A stretch of 64,000 bases of DNA from a virus (lineage: Duplodnaviria > Caudoviricetes). The position numbers and the translations under genes were made by a program. Below the pieces are notes generated by a model. The model saw only the letters and a program-made list of their open reading frames with translations. It searched no databases and was not told where the DNA came from. This document shows positions 30,674-43,200 of the stretch, in pieces. The first letter of the stretch is position 1; every line of letters begins with the position of its first letter. The stretch lies in the IMG/VR virus record IMGVR_UViG_3300021400_001341, positions 1 through 64,000 of that record, one strand, 5' to 3'.

Positions 30674-31762
30674 GTGAATACCTTGACCGGTGGGTTTTCT
30701 TTCTGTGACACAGATATAGGTTCCCTTGGGCTATATTATGTACCTGAACTCGAAGATACGTTTGTTTATAAGCCTGCAGACGCAGAGAGCCATATTGAAA
30801 CGTTTGAAGGACATGACGGCGGTTACTTTTACGGTTCTTGGTATTCTCCCAAAGAATTTACTCTGAGATGTTATTTCGAAGACTCTAAAATTGATAGAGG
30901 TATTATGGCTCATGTGTACGCCTTGTTTAAAGTCGGCAGGTCTGGAAAACTTATTTTCGACAGGCGTCCATGGTGTTATTACGATGCCACGGTTACAGAC
31001 CCAGTTGAATCTGATTTCAAAAATTATGAAAACGGTCTTGTTACAATACACATGAAAGCCATGTATCCGTTTGCAAGATCTGAGATCATAACAAACACAA
31101 GATCAGAACAATATCACGACGTTCTTATGTCCAACTCTGCTGTGTTCGATAAAGAAGGAATGGATCTTCAGCAGGAATTTACAAACCTTCAATCTGATCA
31201 TGCAAATCCTATTCCGATTGTATTATGCAATCCAGGGCAAGAAACGGCCCATTTAGGCGTTTCTATTGCCGGGGATGTAGGAGAAGGCATTGTGATTACA
31301 AATGCCACTACAGGACAATCTATGCGTCTTGTAGCCATATCTAAAGCCGTGACAACAGACGTTGGAAAAAAAGTTTATATAGACGCAATTAGCGGCAAGA
31401 CGATTCTTACAGGCGGTGGCCAAACACAGATTAAATTTTTGTATCACGATTACGGATTTTTAAGTCTTGCTTCCTCATATCCAGCGCTAAGAGATATTTA
31501 TATTAATTACATCGGAGGAAATACAATTACTGTTTTAAATATTTTGAATCAAAATGTTATTGGAAAATACATTTTCATCAAAGATAAGTGGATGAAAATA
31601 ACGTCTCAACCGGACAAACATACCGTAACAGTCAACGGAACAGTCATGTCTCCAGGAAGCGAAAGAACGATGATTATTCCAATGAATGAAATATATATTA
31701 CTCCTGATTCTACTATGGATATTACCAGTCTTAAATTTCTTTTTAAGCCGACATACGCGTGA
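30674..31762 (+). CDS. distal tail protein (Dit)
   Basis: Follows TMP; GFSF...LGL, G.DGGYFYG...PKEFTL, GKLIFD..PW.YY, MKAMYPFA motifs. Confidence 0.8.
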   Translation: MNTLTGGFSFCDTDIGSLGLYYVPELEDTFVYKPADAESHIETFEGHDGGYFYGSWYSPKEFTLRCYFEDSKIDRGIMAHVYALFKVGRSGKLIFDRRPWCYYDATVTDPVESDFKNYENGLVTIHMKAMYPFARSEIITNTRSEQYHDVLMSNSAVFDKEGMDLQQEFTNLQSDHANPIPIVLCNPGQETAHLGVSIAGDVGEGIVITNATTGQSMRLVAISKAVTTDVGKKVYIDAISGKTILTGGGQTQIKFLYHDYGFLSLASSYPALRDIYINYIGGNTITVLNILNQNVIGKYIFIKDKWMKITSQPDKHTVTVNGTVMSPGSERTMIIPMNEIYITPDSTMDITSLKFLFKPTYA

Positions 31763-31780
31763 TAAGGTGGTGAAATAAGG

Positions 31781-34700
31781 ATGTTAAAGGCTTCACGCAG
31801 TTTATGCTTGGATATTTGCGACTATGAGAATAACATTATCTGTAATTTATTTGATAATACAACAGATATATCAGGACAAGCTCATGATGTATTCGTAAGA
31901 ACAGAACGGAACGGCTGGAAAGAGCTGACGTTCAAAATACCTTCAACATGCTTTACTGTCGACGGAGAAGAAGAAAACTTTCGTCTTCAATTTCTGATTG
32001 CGGATTATCGGATTCGGCTGAAAACGGAAACAGAAACAGACTGGTATCTTATTTCTGAAGCGAAAATAACTCACGATAAGAAGTCAAAAAATGTTGAAGT
32101 TACTGCTGGACATATTGCACAGCTTTTAAAAACAAAGAGTCTTGATCTTGAATTCTCAGATGAAGAAGGCAATAACACCGGAACTGCGGAACAAATTCTT
32201 ACAACGATTCTTGAAGGGACCGGATGGACTATTGGACACGTTGCAGAGTTTTATGAAAACGACGGAACAACCATCAAAAAGCGTTCATTAAATGCTTCTA
32301 CGAACACTGGTGCGTTTAGGCTCATTGAGGACCTTTGCGATCTTTTTGATGCAAAGCCGATCTATCACGGCGACGAAAGGGTTGTTGATATCGTTCCCAT
32401 GAATCCGTTTTCGAAAGAGCTTGAGCCCGGCGAGATCCCGGAAGAAGTGTTTAATGATTTGGATGTTCTTGAGATTCACTACGATAAGAATCTGAAGAAC
32501 ATTGTTCGCACGGTAAACACAGAAACGATGGTCACCAGGCTTTATGCTTATGGATCATACGGTGATGAAAACGGAATGTGTTCTATTCAGACGTGTTCTC
32601 ATGAAGAATATCTTCTTTCTTCTGGCGATTATCCGGCCAGGACAGAGTTCAAGTTTGTTGATGATGATGGAGCTGCATATTATTTTATGGCAACAGATGC
32701 GTTGACTTCTTCTTCCGAACTTGTTTTCAGCAAACTTGATTTCATGTCGAGAAGTTATGTGTGGAACAAAACCACAGGTAAAGCTTATCATGTTTATAAG
32801 ACCAGGAAAGGGTCTCCTACTCCTCTTCCGGCAAGCAAGGAAATAAAGAAAAACTACTTCCCTTTCCTTCTTAATTTTGATTATTACAATAAGACAGGAC
32901 TTCTGACTGAAAATATGTTTCAGCGTCTTGCTGCTTATCAGCAAAACATGCCGGAATATTATATTCAAAGCGAGACTTCTGCCAAGGAAATGATCGCAAA
33001 CGAACAGCTGTTAAGCGAAACGCTTGAATCAAACACTGGTATGGCAAAGCTTGCTGTAAGATCTTATGGTTCTCAGGACGGTAAACTTGTGTTAAATCTT
33101 GATACGACCAAAGGAGATCACGGCGTACTGTACAGAACTGATTATGATGAAGCAAAAAGAAACTATTTCGAATGGCATATCGCCAAACAACTTAAAGATA
33201 ACGGAGATCCTTTAACAGGAATCGGCAGTGTTGTTTATATTGTCCATAATACAGATCCTGTAACATGGGAAATTGCTTATGTTAAAAACATTATGGATGA
33301 TAATGGTAATATTTATGTTAACGGCCAAGGCGAGCCAAAGGATTTTGATTACGGTCTTGAAGATACAGAACCTGGAAGCATCGCAATATGGCTTGACAAA
33401 GGCGACTTAAACCTTTCTTCTGACGATAGGTTTTATTTGTTTTGTTCTATGTCAATGTCAGGACGGCTTTCTGCAAAACAAGTAGCAGACGAAGCTGTAT
33501 TGATGTCTCTTCAGAATGAAACAACTATTCAGACAGAAAAACATCCAACATTCTTTGCGGAAAGGAACGAGCCCGCTCCAAGCACAACGCCTGTTCAAGG
33601 TTCTTACGGTTGGTATTATAAATATTCCAACAACACTATGGATATAGGTGAACTATATTTCTGTTATGGTTCTCGTGGAGAAAACAGCTGGCATAGAGTG
33701 TATCTTCAGGAAACAGAACCAAACATTGAGAATGATGCATACTTCTTCAACTTGAAAACTAAAGCGCTGTATCATGGCGTTAATGGCGGCTGGATTAAAA
33801 TGGAGACAGCTGAAGATCAGCGGACGGCAATTCAGTTCTCTAAGGTTGCTTATTATTGCAGACGAAGAGATATGATTTACCATGGGCTTTATGAGAAATA
33901 CAGCTATACGCCTAATTTCTCAATGACAATTGGCAATTATGCTTTTAAAAGCCCTTATGAATTTTTCTGGGTTGCAACAACAGATAAAAACATTCCGCAG
34001 AACAGCTCAGTTACAGTTGATACTGTGCAAGGTTTGTTATGGCAGGATGATGATATTCAGAATGTGGTTTCGACAAAAGTCGTTTCATATGAAGCTGCTG
34101 ACTTTCCTGTATCGAACGAGCTTGATGGATTAACATATTTCCCTGGAAAGATTAATTCATCCACAGGCGTTGAAGAAGACTCTACAGGCTGGTATCGTAC
34201 AATAAACATTAAAGGATATGAAACGACTGTTTACCAGTATAATCTTCCAGATAATTCATATATTGTGTGCTACAACATCAATAAGGTTTTTAAAGGTGTA
34301 AGGTCTGCGTCTGGCACAGGAACGTTTACTACGTATGGAGATACTTACTATCTTCGCGTTGTAACACCATCTCAGCCTGGATCTTCTCATTATCTTCGCA
34401 TTAAAGATTATTCAGATTATTTATATTTAAGTAATAAGCCATATCGCATCTTAGATTTTACTGGTTACAACGGCGAGCTTGTCGGCATTAATCCTCTAAT
34501 GAAGAAATTTGCCAATCTTGCAGATACCGTGTTTGAAGTTAACTACGCAAGCCTTATCGAGGCTCAGAACGCGATTAAAGCCGCAGATAATGAACTTACA
34601 GACAGACTTGGTGACCTGTTAAGAGAAGGATACTGGCAGGAAGATAACTTTGTTGAAGGCGATGAAGACAGGCTGTATAACGATGCCATTGATAATCTTA

Positions 34701-37700
34701 AAGAAATTTCCAAGCCGGAAACAACATATGATATTTCTTATATCGATTTATATAGCGCAAATAGAAATCAAAATTATGCTGTTGAAGAATTGTACGATGT
34801 GGATTGGCCTGACATACAGATAACAGATGCAATCCATCTTGTTGATCCTGAAATTGAGATTAATCAATGGGCTTATATAGATGTTATCAACAAGTGTTAT
34901 GACCATCCATGGGATACAACCCTTGAGATTAACACAAAGTTGTCCCTTATTAATCAGCATGATTTTACCGATGTTCTTGCAAGGATAGCAGAAGTTGCCA
35001 ATGAAACAAAAGCCAAACAATCGGTGTATAAACGAGCCGCTGCTTTAAGTTCTGTCGGAACGCTTTCTTCTGAGCTGTTAAAAGGAAACATTAAAGCTAA
35101 TAAAGCACTTATTCTTGGCGGATCTTCAAACTGGTACACAGATCAAAAAGGTAACATTGTTTTTGAAGCAACCGATGGATCTGGAGCTCTTATGCTTACT
35201 GGTCACGGGATTCTTGTTGCAAGCGACAGAGACTCTTGGGGAGACTGGAACTGGCGTACAGGAATCACAGGCAAAGGAATTTCTTCTGATGAAGTTGTAA
35301 CGGCATTTCTTTCTGCAAAAGAAGCTCTTATTGGCACCATTACAACTGATATGATTCACGCTTCTGTTGGACAAGAGTTGGATATTGGCTCAAACAGGGC
35401 TTTAATGCTTTATGCCACAGTAAGCGGAGAAAGACCTGCCGGTGGAGTTAAAACCGGTCTCCATAATGCTGACGGTTCTTACTCTGAAGTTGGGCCTGAC
35501 GATTCATATATTCAAATTGGAGCCAAAGAAACAACTGGTTCTGGTGTTAATCCAGCTTATATTAACATTATGACCGGCGGCCAAATGAATGTTTATGCTG
35601 GATCTGACATGAACATAAAGTCCGGAGCTGATTTATTTGTTGAAAGCAAAGGACATTTTGAAGTTCAGTCAGGCGGCGATATGAAAATTGCAAGCGGTGG
35701 TTCTATCGATATCGTTGCAAGCGAGGCCGGTCACTTTACTGTAACATCTCCGAACTTCAACATTGCCGCAAACGGCGATACGGATATTACAGGAAAAGTA
35801 ACGGCTCTTACAGGCGAAGTCGCTGGACTGACAATAAGTTATCAGGAGAACGCTCAGCATAAAGTTATAAGGCGGTTTATGTACGCTGGAACTGATTCCA
35901 TGACTTCCGCATCACCAGGCGTTTACATCGGCACAGACGGTGTAAACCTTGGAGGTTATTTAACTGTTTCTAAGGATGGTGCTACGGCTAAGTTTGGTAC
36001 CAACACTATGAAGATTGATGCAGTTGCCGGCACAATGGATATTAACGGTGGCTCAATCAATGTTTCGGCTGACAGCACGATTAATATTACATCTGGGAAA
36101 AAGATGAAAATATCTTCAACCGGAGCTGTTGAAATCGGAACTTCCGGAAAGTTGTTTACAGTAGGATCAAACAAAACAAACGCCTATATCTATAATGGTC
36201 GTTCCACTGTTAACACTACTAATGTTGACGGTTGCTATTTCGGCACTGACGGTCTGAATATCGGTAAAGCGAGTGGAAGCTATGTTATAGCAAAACCAGA
36301 TGGAACAATTGACATCTCCGGCAAAATAACAGCATCAAGTGGATCTATTGGTGGAATTAATGTAAATAGCTCTTACGGCATTTACACCGGAGCTAAGACA
36401 TCTGCCACGTCTACAGAGTCTGGATTTTTAATCTCGAAAGACGGGGCAATTTACCTCGGTGCTTATAGTTCAACAGCTGCATCTTGTCCATTCCAAGTCT
36501 CTTCTGCTGGAGCTATGACGGCAAAAAGCGGTTCGATTGCAGGATGGACTTTTGATGCAACATCGTTAAAGGGCAATAAAACTGGTATAGCAAAAACATC
36601 CGCAGATAAAGATATTGCTTTCTGGGCTGGAAACACAACCGCATCTTCTGCAAACTTTTATGTCAGACAAGATGGATATTTGGTTGCAAAAGATATTCAC
36701 GCAAGCGGAGGAAATATCGGAACGTGGTCAATCGGTCCGAAATTGCTTTCGGCAAGCTCAGGCACGAGTTATGTAGCACTGGATGGCTCAGCAGATTTGT
36801 ATCCATTAAGTGGTCTTTCAACCCCATCCGATCATATGTATGCCATATGGGCCGGAGCGTCGTCTCCTCAAGATGCTCCATTTTCTGTTACTAAGGATGG
36901 TATTGTCACAATATCTAAACTTCGTATTAAGAAAGCAGATGACAGCTATGATGAAGTTAGTTTGAATGACTTTACTTATACGTCTGTAACAGGCGACTTA
37001 TACGACTGGAAAAAACTATTTGCCAAACTTCGTTTTCAGACAGTTCGAAGTATTTCTCAAGATTCCAACGGACGTGTCACTATCAGAGTTTCTAACAACA
37101 ATGGAGGCATAGCAAGTTGGTCTTTTAATACAGCTGCTTCAGTAACAACAAGCGGTAGCTGGAACAGCGGATCAAAAAAATTTACCGCTATGTCTTTCTA
37201 CAAATATGGTGGAAAAGATATTCAGGTTGGTGACCTAACACAAACAGATATAACGTGTTCCTGGCTTGGAGGGTCGTTGTTTGTCTTTGGCAACATTCGT
37301 ACACCAAAGTTAATAGAAACGCAATTATATCAATTTGTATTATCTGCAAATAATCCAGGTTGGGGAACAGATCACAAAAAGACATATACCGTTTCATACA
37401 CTGTTGATGGTACAACAGCGAGCACTGGTTTAAAAATAGAAGCTGATGCTTCATCTGTTTATAAGGGTGGTCATGATAATGGAGCTAAATCGGTCACGCT
37501 AAAAGGAGCTGCGGCCAGTTCCAGTGATACTGTTAATAAATCGCTTGGCTATGGTGATAAATGGATTATTCAGTCAAAGTACTTTCCAAGCGATACAAGT
37601 ATTGAATCTAACACTGGCGCAAAATATGTTGTTCAAGCTCCAAGCGATAACAAAAAAACAGGATGGGATCTTGCAAGAAAGCAATGTGTAACTCCCGAAC

Positions 37701-37852
37701 AAAACACTACATCTGCATCGTTTAAAGTCTTATGGCCAGGCGAATCATACGATTCTCAGGGGAGATTAAATTTTACGTTATCGAAAGGTTCAGGTAATAC
37801 AGTTGACTGCAAATGGGGCTCAACAACCGTAGCAAGGGTAACATGGACTTAA
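31781..37852 (+). CDS. tail-associated protein Tal / tail spike (Prophage_tail-like N-terminus, beta-repeat C-terminus)
   Basis: Follows Dit; ILEGTGWTIG, KNLKNIVR, VTRLYAYG, DWNWRTGITGKG motifs; Gly/Ser beta repeats ITASSGSIGG. Confidence 0.8.
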   Translation: MLKASRSLCLDICDYENNIICNLFDNTTDISGQAHDVFVRTERNGWKELTFKIPSTCFTVDGEEENFRLQFLIADYRIRLKTETETDWYLISEAKITHDKKSKNVEVTAGHIAQLLKTKSLDLEFSDEEGNNTGTAEQILTTILEGTGWTIGHVAEFYENDGTTIKKRSLNASTNTGAFRLIEDLCDLFDAKPIYHGDERVVDIVPMNPFSKELEPGEIPEEVFNDLDVLEIHYDKNLKNIVRTVNTETMVTRLYAYGSYGDENGMCSIQTCSHEEYLLSSGDYPARTEFKFVDDDGAAYYFMATDALTSSSELVFSKLDFMSRSYVWNKTTGKAYHVYKTRKGSPTPLPASKEIKKNYFPFLLNFDYYNKTGLLTENMFQRLAAYQQNMPEYYIQSETSAKEMIANEQLLSETLESNTGMAKLAVRSYGSQDGKLVLNLDTTKGDHGVLYRTDYDEAKRNYFEWHIAKQLKDNGDPLTGIGSVVYIVHNTDPVTWEIAYVKNIMDDNGNIYVNGQGEPKDFDYGLEDTEPGSIAIWLDKGDLNLSSDDRFYLFCSMSMSGRLSAKQVADEAVLMSLQNETTIQTEKHPTFFAERNEPAPSTTPVQGSYGWYYKYSNNTMDIGELYFCYGSRGENSWHRVYLQETEPNIENDAYFFNLKTKALYHGVNGGWIKMETAEDQRTAIQFSKVAYYCRRRDMIYHGLYEKYSYTPNFSMTIGNYAFKSPYEFFWVATTDKNIPQNSSVTVDTVQGLLWQDDDIQNVVSTKVVSYEAADFPVSNELDGLTYFPGKINSSTGVEEDSTGWYRTINIKGYETTVYQYNLPDNSYIVCYNINKVFKGVRSASGTGTFTTYGDTYYLRVVTPSQPGSSHYLRIKDYSDYLYLSNKPYRILDFTGYNGELVGINPLMKKFANLADTVFEVNYASLIEAQNAIKAADNELTDRLGDLLREGYWQEDNFVEGDEDRLYNDAIDNLKEISKPETTYDISYIDLYSANRNQNYAVEELYDVDWPDIQITDAIHLVDPEIEINQWAYIDVINKCYDHPWDTTLEINTKLSLINQHDFTDVLARIAEVANETKAKQSVYKRAAALSSVGTLSSELLKGNIKANKALILGGSSNWYTDQKGNIVFEATDGSGALMLTGHGILVASDRDSWGDWNWRTGITGKGISSDEVVTAFLSAKEALIGTITTDMIHASVGQELDIGSNRALMLYATVSGERPAGGVKTGLHNADGSYSEVGPDDSYIQIGAKETTGSGVNPAYINIMTGGQMNVYAGSDMNIKSGADLFVESKGHFEVQSGGDMKIASGGSIDIVASEAGHFTVTSPNFNIAANGDTDITGKVTALTGEVAGLTISYQENAQHKVIRRFMYAGTDSMTSASPGVYIGTDGVNLGGYLTVSKDGATAKFGTNTMKIDAVAGTMDINGGSINVSADSTINITSGKKMKISSTGAVEIGTSGKLFTVGSNKTNAYIYNGRSTVNTTNVDGCYFGTDGLNIGKASGSYVIAKPDGTIDISGKITASSGSIGGINVNSSYGIYTGAKTSATSTESGFLISKDGAIYLGAYSSTAASCPFQVSSAGAMTAKSGSIAGWTFDATSLKGNKTGIAKTSADKDIAFWAGNTTASSANFYVRQDGYLVAKDIHASGGNIGTWSIGPKLLSASSGTSYVALDGSADLYPLSGLSTPSDHMYAIWAGASSPQDAPFSVTKDGIVTISKLRIKKADDSYDEVSLNDFTYTSVTGDLYDWKKLFAKLRFQTVRSISQDSNGRVTIRVSNNNGGIASWSFNTAASVTTSGSWNSGSKKFTAMSFYKYGGKDIQVGDLTQTDITCSWLGGSLFVFGNIRTPKLIETQLYQFVLSANNPGWGTDHKKTYTVSYTVDGTTASTGLKIEADASSVYKGGHDNGAKSVTLKGAAASSSDTVNKSLGYGDKWIIQSKYFPSDTSIESNTGAKYVVQAPSDNKKTGWDLARKQCVTPEQNTTSASFKVLWPGESYDSQGRLNFTLSKGSGNTVDCKWGSTTVARVTWT

Positions 37853-37866
37853 AGGAGTAAAGGAAA

Positions 37867-38223
37867 ATGAAACAGCAAAACATCGTAAACGCATACAAGG
37901 TTATTAAAAAGTATGAGAATGAGAAACTTCCTCTGGATATTTCATATGGATTTTTTAAGCTGAAAAAGCTTCTTCAGACTCAATGGGATTTTGAAGTAGA
38001 GAGAGAGAAAGCGCTTTTCGAAAAATATAACCCTGTACAGGATGATAATGGCAATCTTGTTTTTAAGACGCCTGAAGATCAGCAAGGTTTTGCAGAAGAT
38101 ATCGAAGAGCTTCTGTCTATGGATTGTGACTGGGACGAAGACAAGATTAAGATTGACTTTAATAATCGTCTTGATATGCCGATTGTTGATATTGAAGCGT
38201 TAGACGATTTTGTAACATTCTAA
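37867..38223 (+). CDS. small tail-region protein (DUF1617-like)
   Basis: KLPLDISY..., EREKALFEKY pattern typical of genes following Tal. Confidence 0.55.
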   Translation: MKQQNIVNAYKVIKKYENEKLPLDISYGFFKLKKLLQTQWDFEVEREKALFEKYNPVQDDNGNLVFKTPEDQQGFAEDIEELLSMDCDWDEDKIKIDFNNRLDMPIVDIEALDDFVTF

Positions 38224-38249
38224 ATATCAAAAAGAAAGGGGATGGCTAC

Positions 38250-38858
38250 ATGTTCTTCCCTGGTGAAACAATAACTCATCGTTTTGTCATCCCGTTCGCA
38301 GCGAATGAAATTGATAAAGTAATTTTTTCTTATAAGCAGAAAGAAGCTATTATGTTTGAAAAAACTATTAAAAATGGTTTTATTGTCGAAGGAGAAAATA
38401 TTACATCAGTTGAATTTGCGCTTACGCAAGGCGAAGGCCTGCTATTTGCGGATGACGCACCTTTTACTGTTCAAGTTAACGTTTATACAAAACAAGGTAC
38501 TCGTCACACATCATACGAGCTTAATTCTTCTAGTGGTATTCAATATCTGCGTGAAGTTATAAGTCCTGAAACGTTTGCCATAGTTACACAGCCAACAAAT
38601 CAGACAGCAAATAATCTTGGGGACACGGTCACATTTAAAGTCGTTGCGAACGGTGCTGTATATTATCAATGGCAATATAGTGTTAACTCAGGAGAATGGA
38701 AAAACTGCACAGACGGTAGGAAGGAAACGCTTAATGTTGTTGCAACGCAGGAGCGCATAAACACACATACGTATCATTGTGTGCTTAAAAGCCTTTCCGG
38801 AACTACCGCTACAACTAATACGGTAAGAATATTATACACAGACAGGAGTGATGAATAA
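38250..38858 (+). CDS. tail protein with C-terminal Ig-like domain
   Basis: [10 protein letters not shown]...VTFKVVA...YQWQYS...YHCVL Ig signature. Confidence 0.7.
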   Translation: MFFPGETITHRFVIPFAANEIDKVIFSYKQKEAIMFEKTIKNGFIVEGENITSVEFALTQGEGLLFADDAPFTVQVNVYTKQGTRHTSYELNSSSGIQYLREVISPETFAIVTQPTNQTANNLGDTVTFKVVANGAVYYQWQYSVNSGEWKNCTDGRKETLNVVATQERINTHTYHCVLKSLSGTTATTNTVRILYTDRSDE

Positions 38859-40222
38859 TGGCTGAATATACGTTTTACCCAAAGTTTCAGGAATTTGTCA
38901 CTCTTTATCGTGGCGTTGTGAGAGTTTGGATCGGAAACGGAATTGATACAGGAATAGGTGGCATGCTGTATGCCGAATATATTGATGGCCTTGTTCAACA
39001 ACTTGGTTTTGTTTCAGACTATGAAGAGGCAAAGAAATACTTTGCCGATCTTGGAATCGATCTGACATATGAAGAATGGGTTGAGCGGCTTATTCAAATG
39101 CCAGAAAATGCTCACGATGCTCATGTGTCTGCCGATAATTCTGAAACTTCAAGTCAGCAATCAGAAGCATGGGCTGTTGGTCAACGCCTTGGAGTCGATG
39201 TACCGTCTACTGATCCTACACATCATAATAATGCAAAGTACTATTCTGGAACCGCAGGCACACAGGCAACAAAAAGTGCAAAATCTGCTGCCGCTGCGCT
39301 CGTCTCTGAACGGGCGGCGCAGGCGGCTCAAGGCCTCGCCGAAACGGCTCAGAATCTTGCGGAAAACGCCCAAGGCCTGGCTGAAAACGCACAATCCGCA
39401 GCTGAAACAGCTCAATCTGCAGCAGAGACAGCGCAAGGCTTAGCTGAAGATGCTCAAGCCGCTGCTGAGACTGCTCAATCATTATCCGAAACTGCTCAAG
39501 GATTAGCCGAAACGGCTCAAGAAGCTGCTGAAACTGCTCAAGGCTTAGCGGAAAAAGCTCAGTCTGCGGCTGAAACTGCTCAAAAAGCTGCGAAGACAGC
39601 ACAAACAGCAGCAGAAACCGCTCAGGGTCGAGCTGAAACTGCTCAAACAGCAGCGGAGACAGCCAGAGCTGGAGCTGAAACCGCAGAGTCAGGAGCCGAA
39701 GATTTTAAAAATTCTGCGGAAGCCTGGGCTACCGGCAAACGCGGCGGCGTGCCGGTTCAGGAAGGTGACGAGACCTACCACAACAACGCGAAATACTACG
39801 CAGACGAGATCCTGGATCTGACGGCCACGGCGGAAGGACTGCCGGCCGGATACACACCTACCACAACAGTGAGTACGACCGGGGGTCATAAAAACATCCA
39901 TTTCGGTATCCCGCAAGGAGAACGCGGCGCACAGGGCATTCAGGGACCGCAGGGCATTCAAGGACCACAGGGCGAAACTGGCCGGGCGGGACCTCAGGGA
40001 CCTCAGGGTGAACAGGGAGTTCAGGGGCCGCAGGGGGTTCAAGGTCCTGCCGGAGAAAGCGGTGTTGTTGTCAGCGGAGCAGGACTGTTCTCTCTCGTGA
40101 TGGAATCAAACGGAGATCTGTATGTCGTGTATGAAGATGCAAACACTGCTCCAAATATTGTGTATGACAGCGAAACTGGAAATATTTATTGGGAATACGA
40201 AGAAAGCGAGGCGACCGCATAA
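38858..40222 (+). CDS. tail fibre-like protein with heptad coiled coil and collagen-like repeats
   Basis: AETAQxx heptads; (GPQ/GIQ)n; duplicated [15 protein letters not shown]...HNNAKYY motif. Confidence 0.75.
   Translation: MAEYTFYPKFQEFVTLYRGVVRVWIGNGIDTGIGGMLYAEYIDGLVQQLGFVSDYEEAKKYFADLGIDLTYEEWVERLIQMPENAHDAHVSADNSETSSQQSEAWAVGQRLGVDVPSTDPTHHNNAKYYSGTAGTQATKSAKSAAAALVSERAAQAAQGLAETAQNLAENAQGLAENAQSAAETAQSAAETAQGLAEDAQAAAETAQSLSETAQGLAETAQEAAETAQGLAEKAQSAAETAQKAAKTAQTAAETAQGRAETAQTAAETARAGAETAESGAEDFKNSAEAWATGKRGGVPVQEGDETYHNNAKYYADEILDLTATAEGLPAGYTPTTTVSTTGGHKNIHFGIPQGERGAQGIQGPQGIQGPQGETGRAGPQGPQGEQGVQGPQGVQGPAGESGVVVSGAGLFSLVMESNGDLYVVYEDANTAPNIVYDSETGNIYWEYEESEATA
39310..39700 (+). 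repeat. 21-bp coding tandem repeat (AETAQ[G/S/T][L/A])
   Basis: Recurrent GCTGAAACTGCTCAA-type units. Confidence 0.8.
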
Positions 40223-43200
40223 TGGCTACAGTAAGAAAACTTATCGGCAACGTTCGTGGTCCGCAGGGAGTTCAGGGGCCTCAGGGGATTCAAGGAATTC
40301 AGGGGCCGACTGGACCTACCGGACCCACCGGGCCTGTAGGTCCTACTCCAAATATTACGATCGGCACCGTAGAGGATGTGCCGCATGATTCCCAGGCATC
40401 CGCCACAATAACAGGAACGCCAGAAAACCCGGTACTGAATTTGCGGCTTCGGAGCGGCGCCGGTGGAAACGAAACTATCGACGATACTGCCGGGATCGGA
40501 GACACAGATCTTGTATGGTCTGCTGACAAAACCGCAAAAGAAACCGACAAAAAGATCAACAGGGAATATGAGATTGGCTTTGTCGAAAAAACGTGGAACG
40601 GATTGACAGATTTCGATAGTCATGGTATTTGGCGTGATGGAAACAATGTTTATTACAGTTACGGATCAGACCAATACGTATTGGATAAGTCCACCTCCAC
40701 ATGGAGTCCAAAGACATGGAATGGATTGAGTAATTTTGATGCCTCTAATGTTTGGTATGATGGGGATAATACCTATTATAGCGACAGAACGAACCAGTAC
40801 ATATTGGATAAGTCCACCTCAACATGGAGTCCGAAGACGTGGAACGGGCTTAACTCGTTTTACGGTTATGACGTGTGGACCGACGGAGAAAATGTTTACT
40901 ACAGTAATAGAACAGATCAGTATGTGTTGAACAGATCTACCTCCACCTGGAGTACAAAGACGTGGAACGGATTAACTGATTTCAGTGGGGAATGGAGCTG
41001 GACCGACGGCGAGAACATTTATTACGATAACGGCTCAACGTATTATGTTCTCGATAAGGCCACTTCTACATGGAACGTTAAAGTATGGAACGGACTCGAT
41101 GAAGTTGCCAGAGCTGATGTGTGGACTGACGGAGAGAATATTTACTACAGTCATCGTGATTATACTCAGCAGATTCATCATTATGTTTTGGACAAAGCTA
41201 CATCGACGTGGTATACCAAAGCGTGGCCTGAACCTACAGATTTTATTGGTATGAATATTTGGACAGATGGGAAGAATGTTTACTACAGCAGAACTCCTAT
41301 TCATTATGTCCTAAAAGATGACCAATTTCTTTTAATCGGCAAGCACGGATCTTTTAAGTCCAAAACCGCAGAATCTTTCATTAAGGATACTGTGATCAAC
41401 GACACCGCCGGAGCCGGGGATACGCACAAGGCGTGGAGTGCGGATAAGACTCTATCAGAGTTGAATAAGAAGGCAGACCCGATATACAAGACCATCAATA
41501 CTCCGTCCGCCATCGTCAGTTTTAACGACGGAGCAGACGATCTGTCGATAAAAGAGATGCGAATTGCTATCGAGCCTGTGCAGGCTGGGAGCGGGACAGT
41601 TTCCACAGCGAATGTGCGGAATATTACTGGATGGACTGGATGCAATATCACCGTATCCGGCGATGAGGATTCTGTCGCATATCCAATTACCTTCCCCACT
41701 GAGGCTGGAACCGTATACGGAGGAGAGCTGACAATCTTTAAGGATGGATCAGCGCAGCTGGTTGTGGATCGGATGATCCTAAACTACGACGGGCAAATGA
41801 AACAGGTAGATGGAAGCCTGGTTCCTGAAGGCTGGGCGCTGAATGTTAGCATGAACTCCGGCGAGTACAATTATTTCAGCAACACATATAAAGGGGCCGA
41901 ACGGTTTATCAACAGCAGCGAAAAAAGACCTATTTGCAATGAGATGCAGGCTACTATTATAGAATTCGACAGATTAGTACTCGGCATATCCATTGTAAAC
42001 AACCAGGACATTCTCATCCGCTATTCGTCAGACAATACTCTGAACGTTTCCGACCTTGAGACATGGCTCGGACAGCATCCTTTACAGATTGTCGCATGGC
42101 TGACGGATGCGAGTAAAAAGACATATACCTTTACAGCAAGTCAGGTTCTGACGATTCTAGGAAATAACAGCATCCAAGCGGACACCGGGAGCATCAACCT
42201 GCTGACCTATCCAGTTGACAGTACAATTGCGCATGCTGAAACGCAGCAGGAGTTTTCTTCTTTGATCTCCTTAAAAGGACAACCGAACGGAATAGCGGAG
42301 CTGGACGCTGAAGGCATTGTTCCGGTGGATCAGCTGCCTCCGATCGCATCGCCGGTAGACATGGAAACAACGGTCGAAAACTCGGCTACGCTGACGCTTA
42401 CGGACGCGATTGATTTTGCCGCGCTGCATGGGGTCCGTGCGAAAGTTTTGCCGAGGCAGCCTCTAGGCGGCTACGACAAGCCGTGGGGGCCAGGGAAGGG
42501 ACGGAATAAGCTCGACCCAAGCCAATACAGTGGGGCAACCAGTTATGGTGTAAATTTTTCAAAAGATTCGGACGGAAATCTGTCCATTTACGGCACTTCA
42601 CGCGTAATCGGAGAGACCAAGCTTGGCGAAGTCACACTTCCTGCAGGAAATTATATCTTGTGTACGAACTGCGCACTCGACGCTGGTGTTATGCTTCGCA
42701 ACTCTAGCGGTGGTACCATGATTGCCGAGTCTTATGGAGCGATGGGCCATTATTTCTCAATCGGAGCTCAAACAAAGTTCTATCTTTACGGTATATTCAA
42801 GTCTATAAGATTTTACAATGCGAAAATAAACCCGATGATCTTGTTGGATCAATCGGATCGTGATTATGAGAAGTGGGAGCCGTATTCCAACATCTGCCCG
42901 ATCACAGAGATGAGCGCGGGCGCTCCGACATTGACCGCATCCGGGAACGCCCCATGGGGCTTTGTCGGAAGCAACGTAGGGATCTACGGCTGCGAGGTGG
43001 AAGGCGTACCGGGCGGCAGTGGCGTACTGCGGGTGACCCACAAGTCGATTGCCTCATATGCTGGAGAGATGCTGAACGGACGCTGGTGGAGCTCCTATGA
43101 GTTTTATGCGGATGGCACTACACCCACAACCGGTGCACAGGTAGTTTACGAGCTTGCAGAACCGGAGGAAATCACGATCACAGTGTCGGAGATGCGTGTG

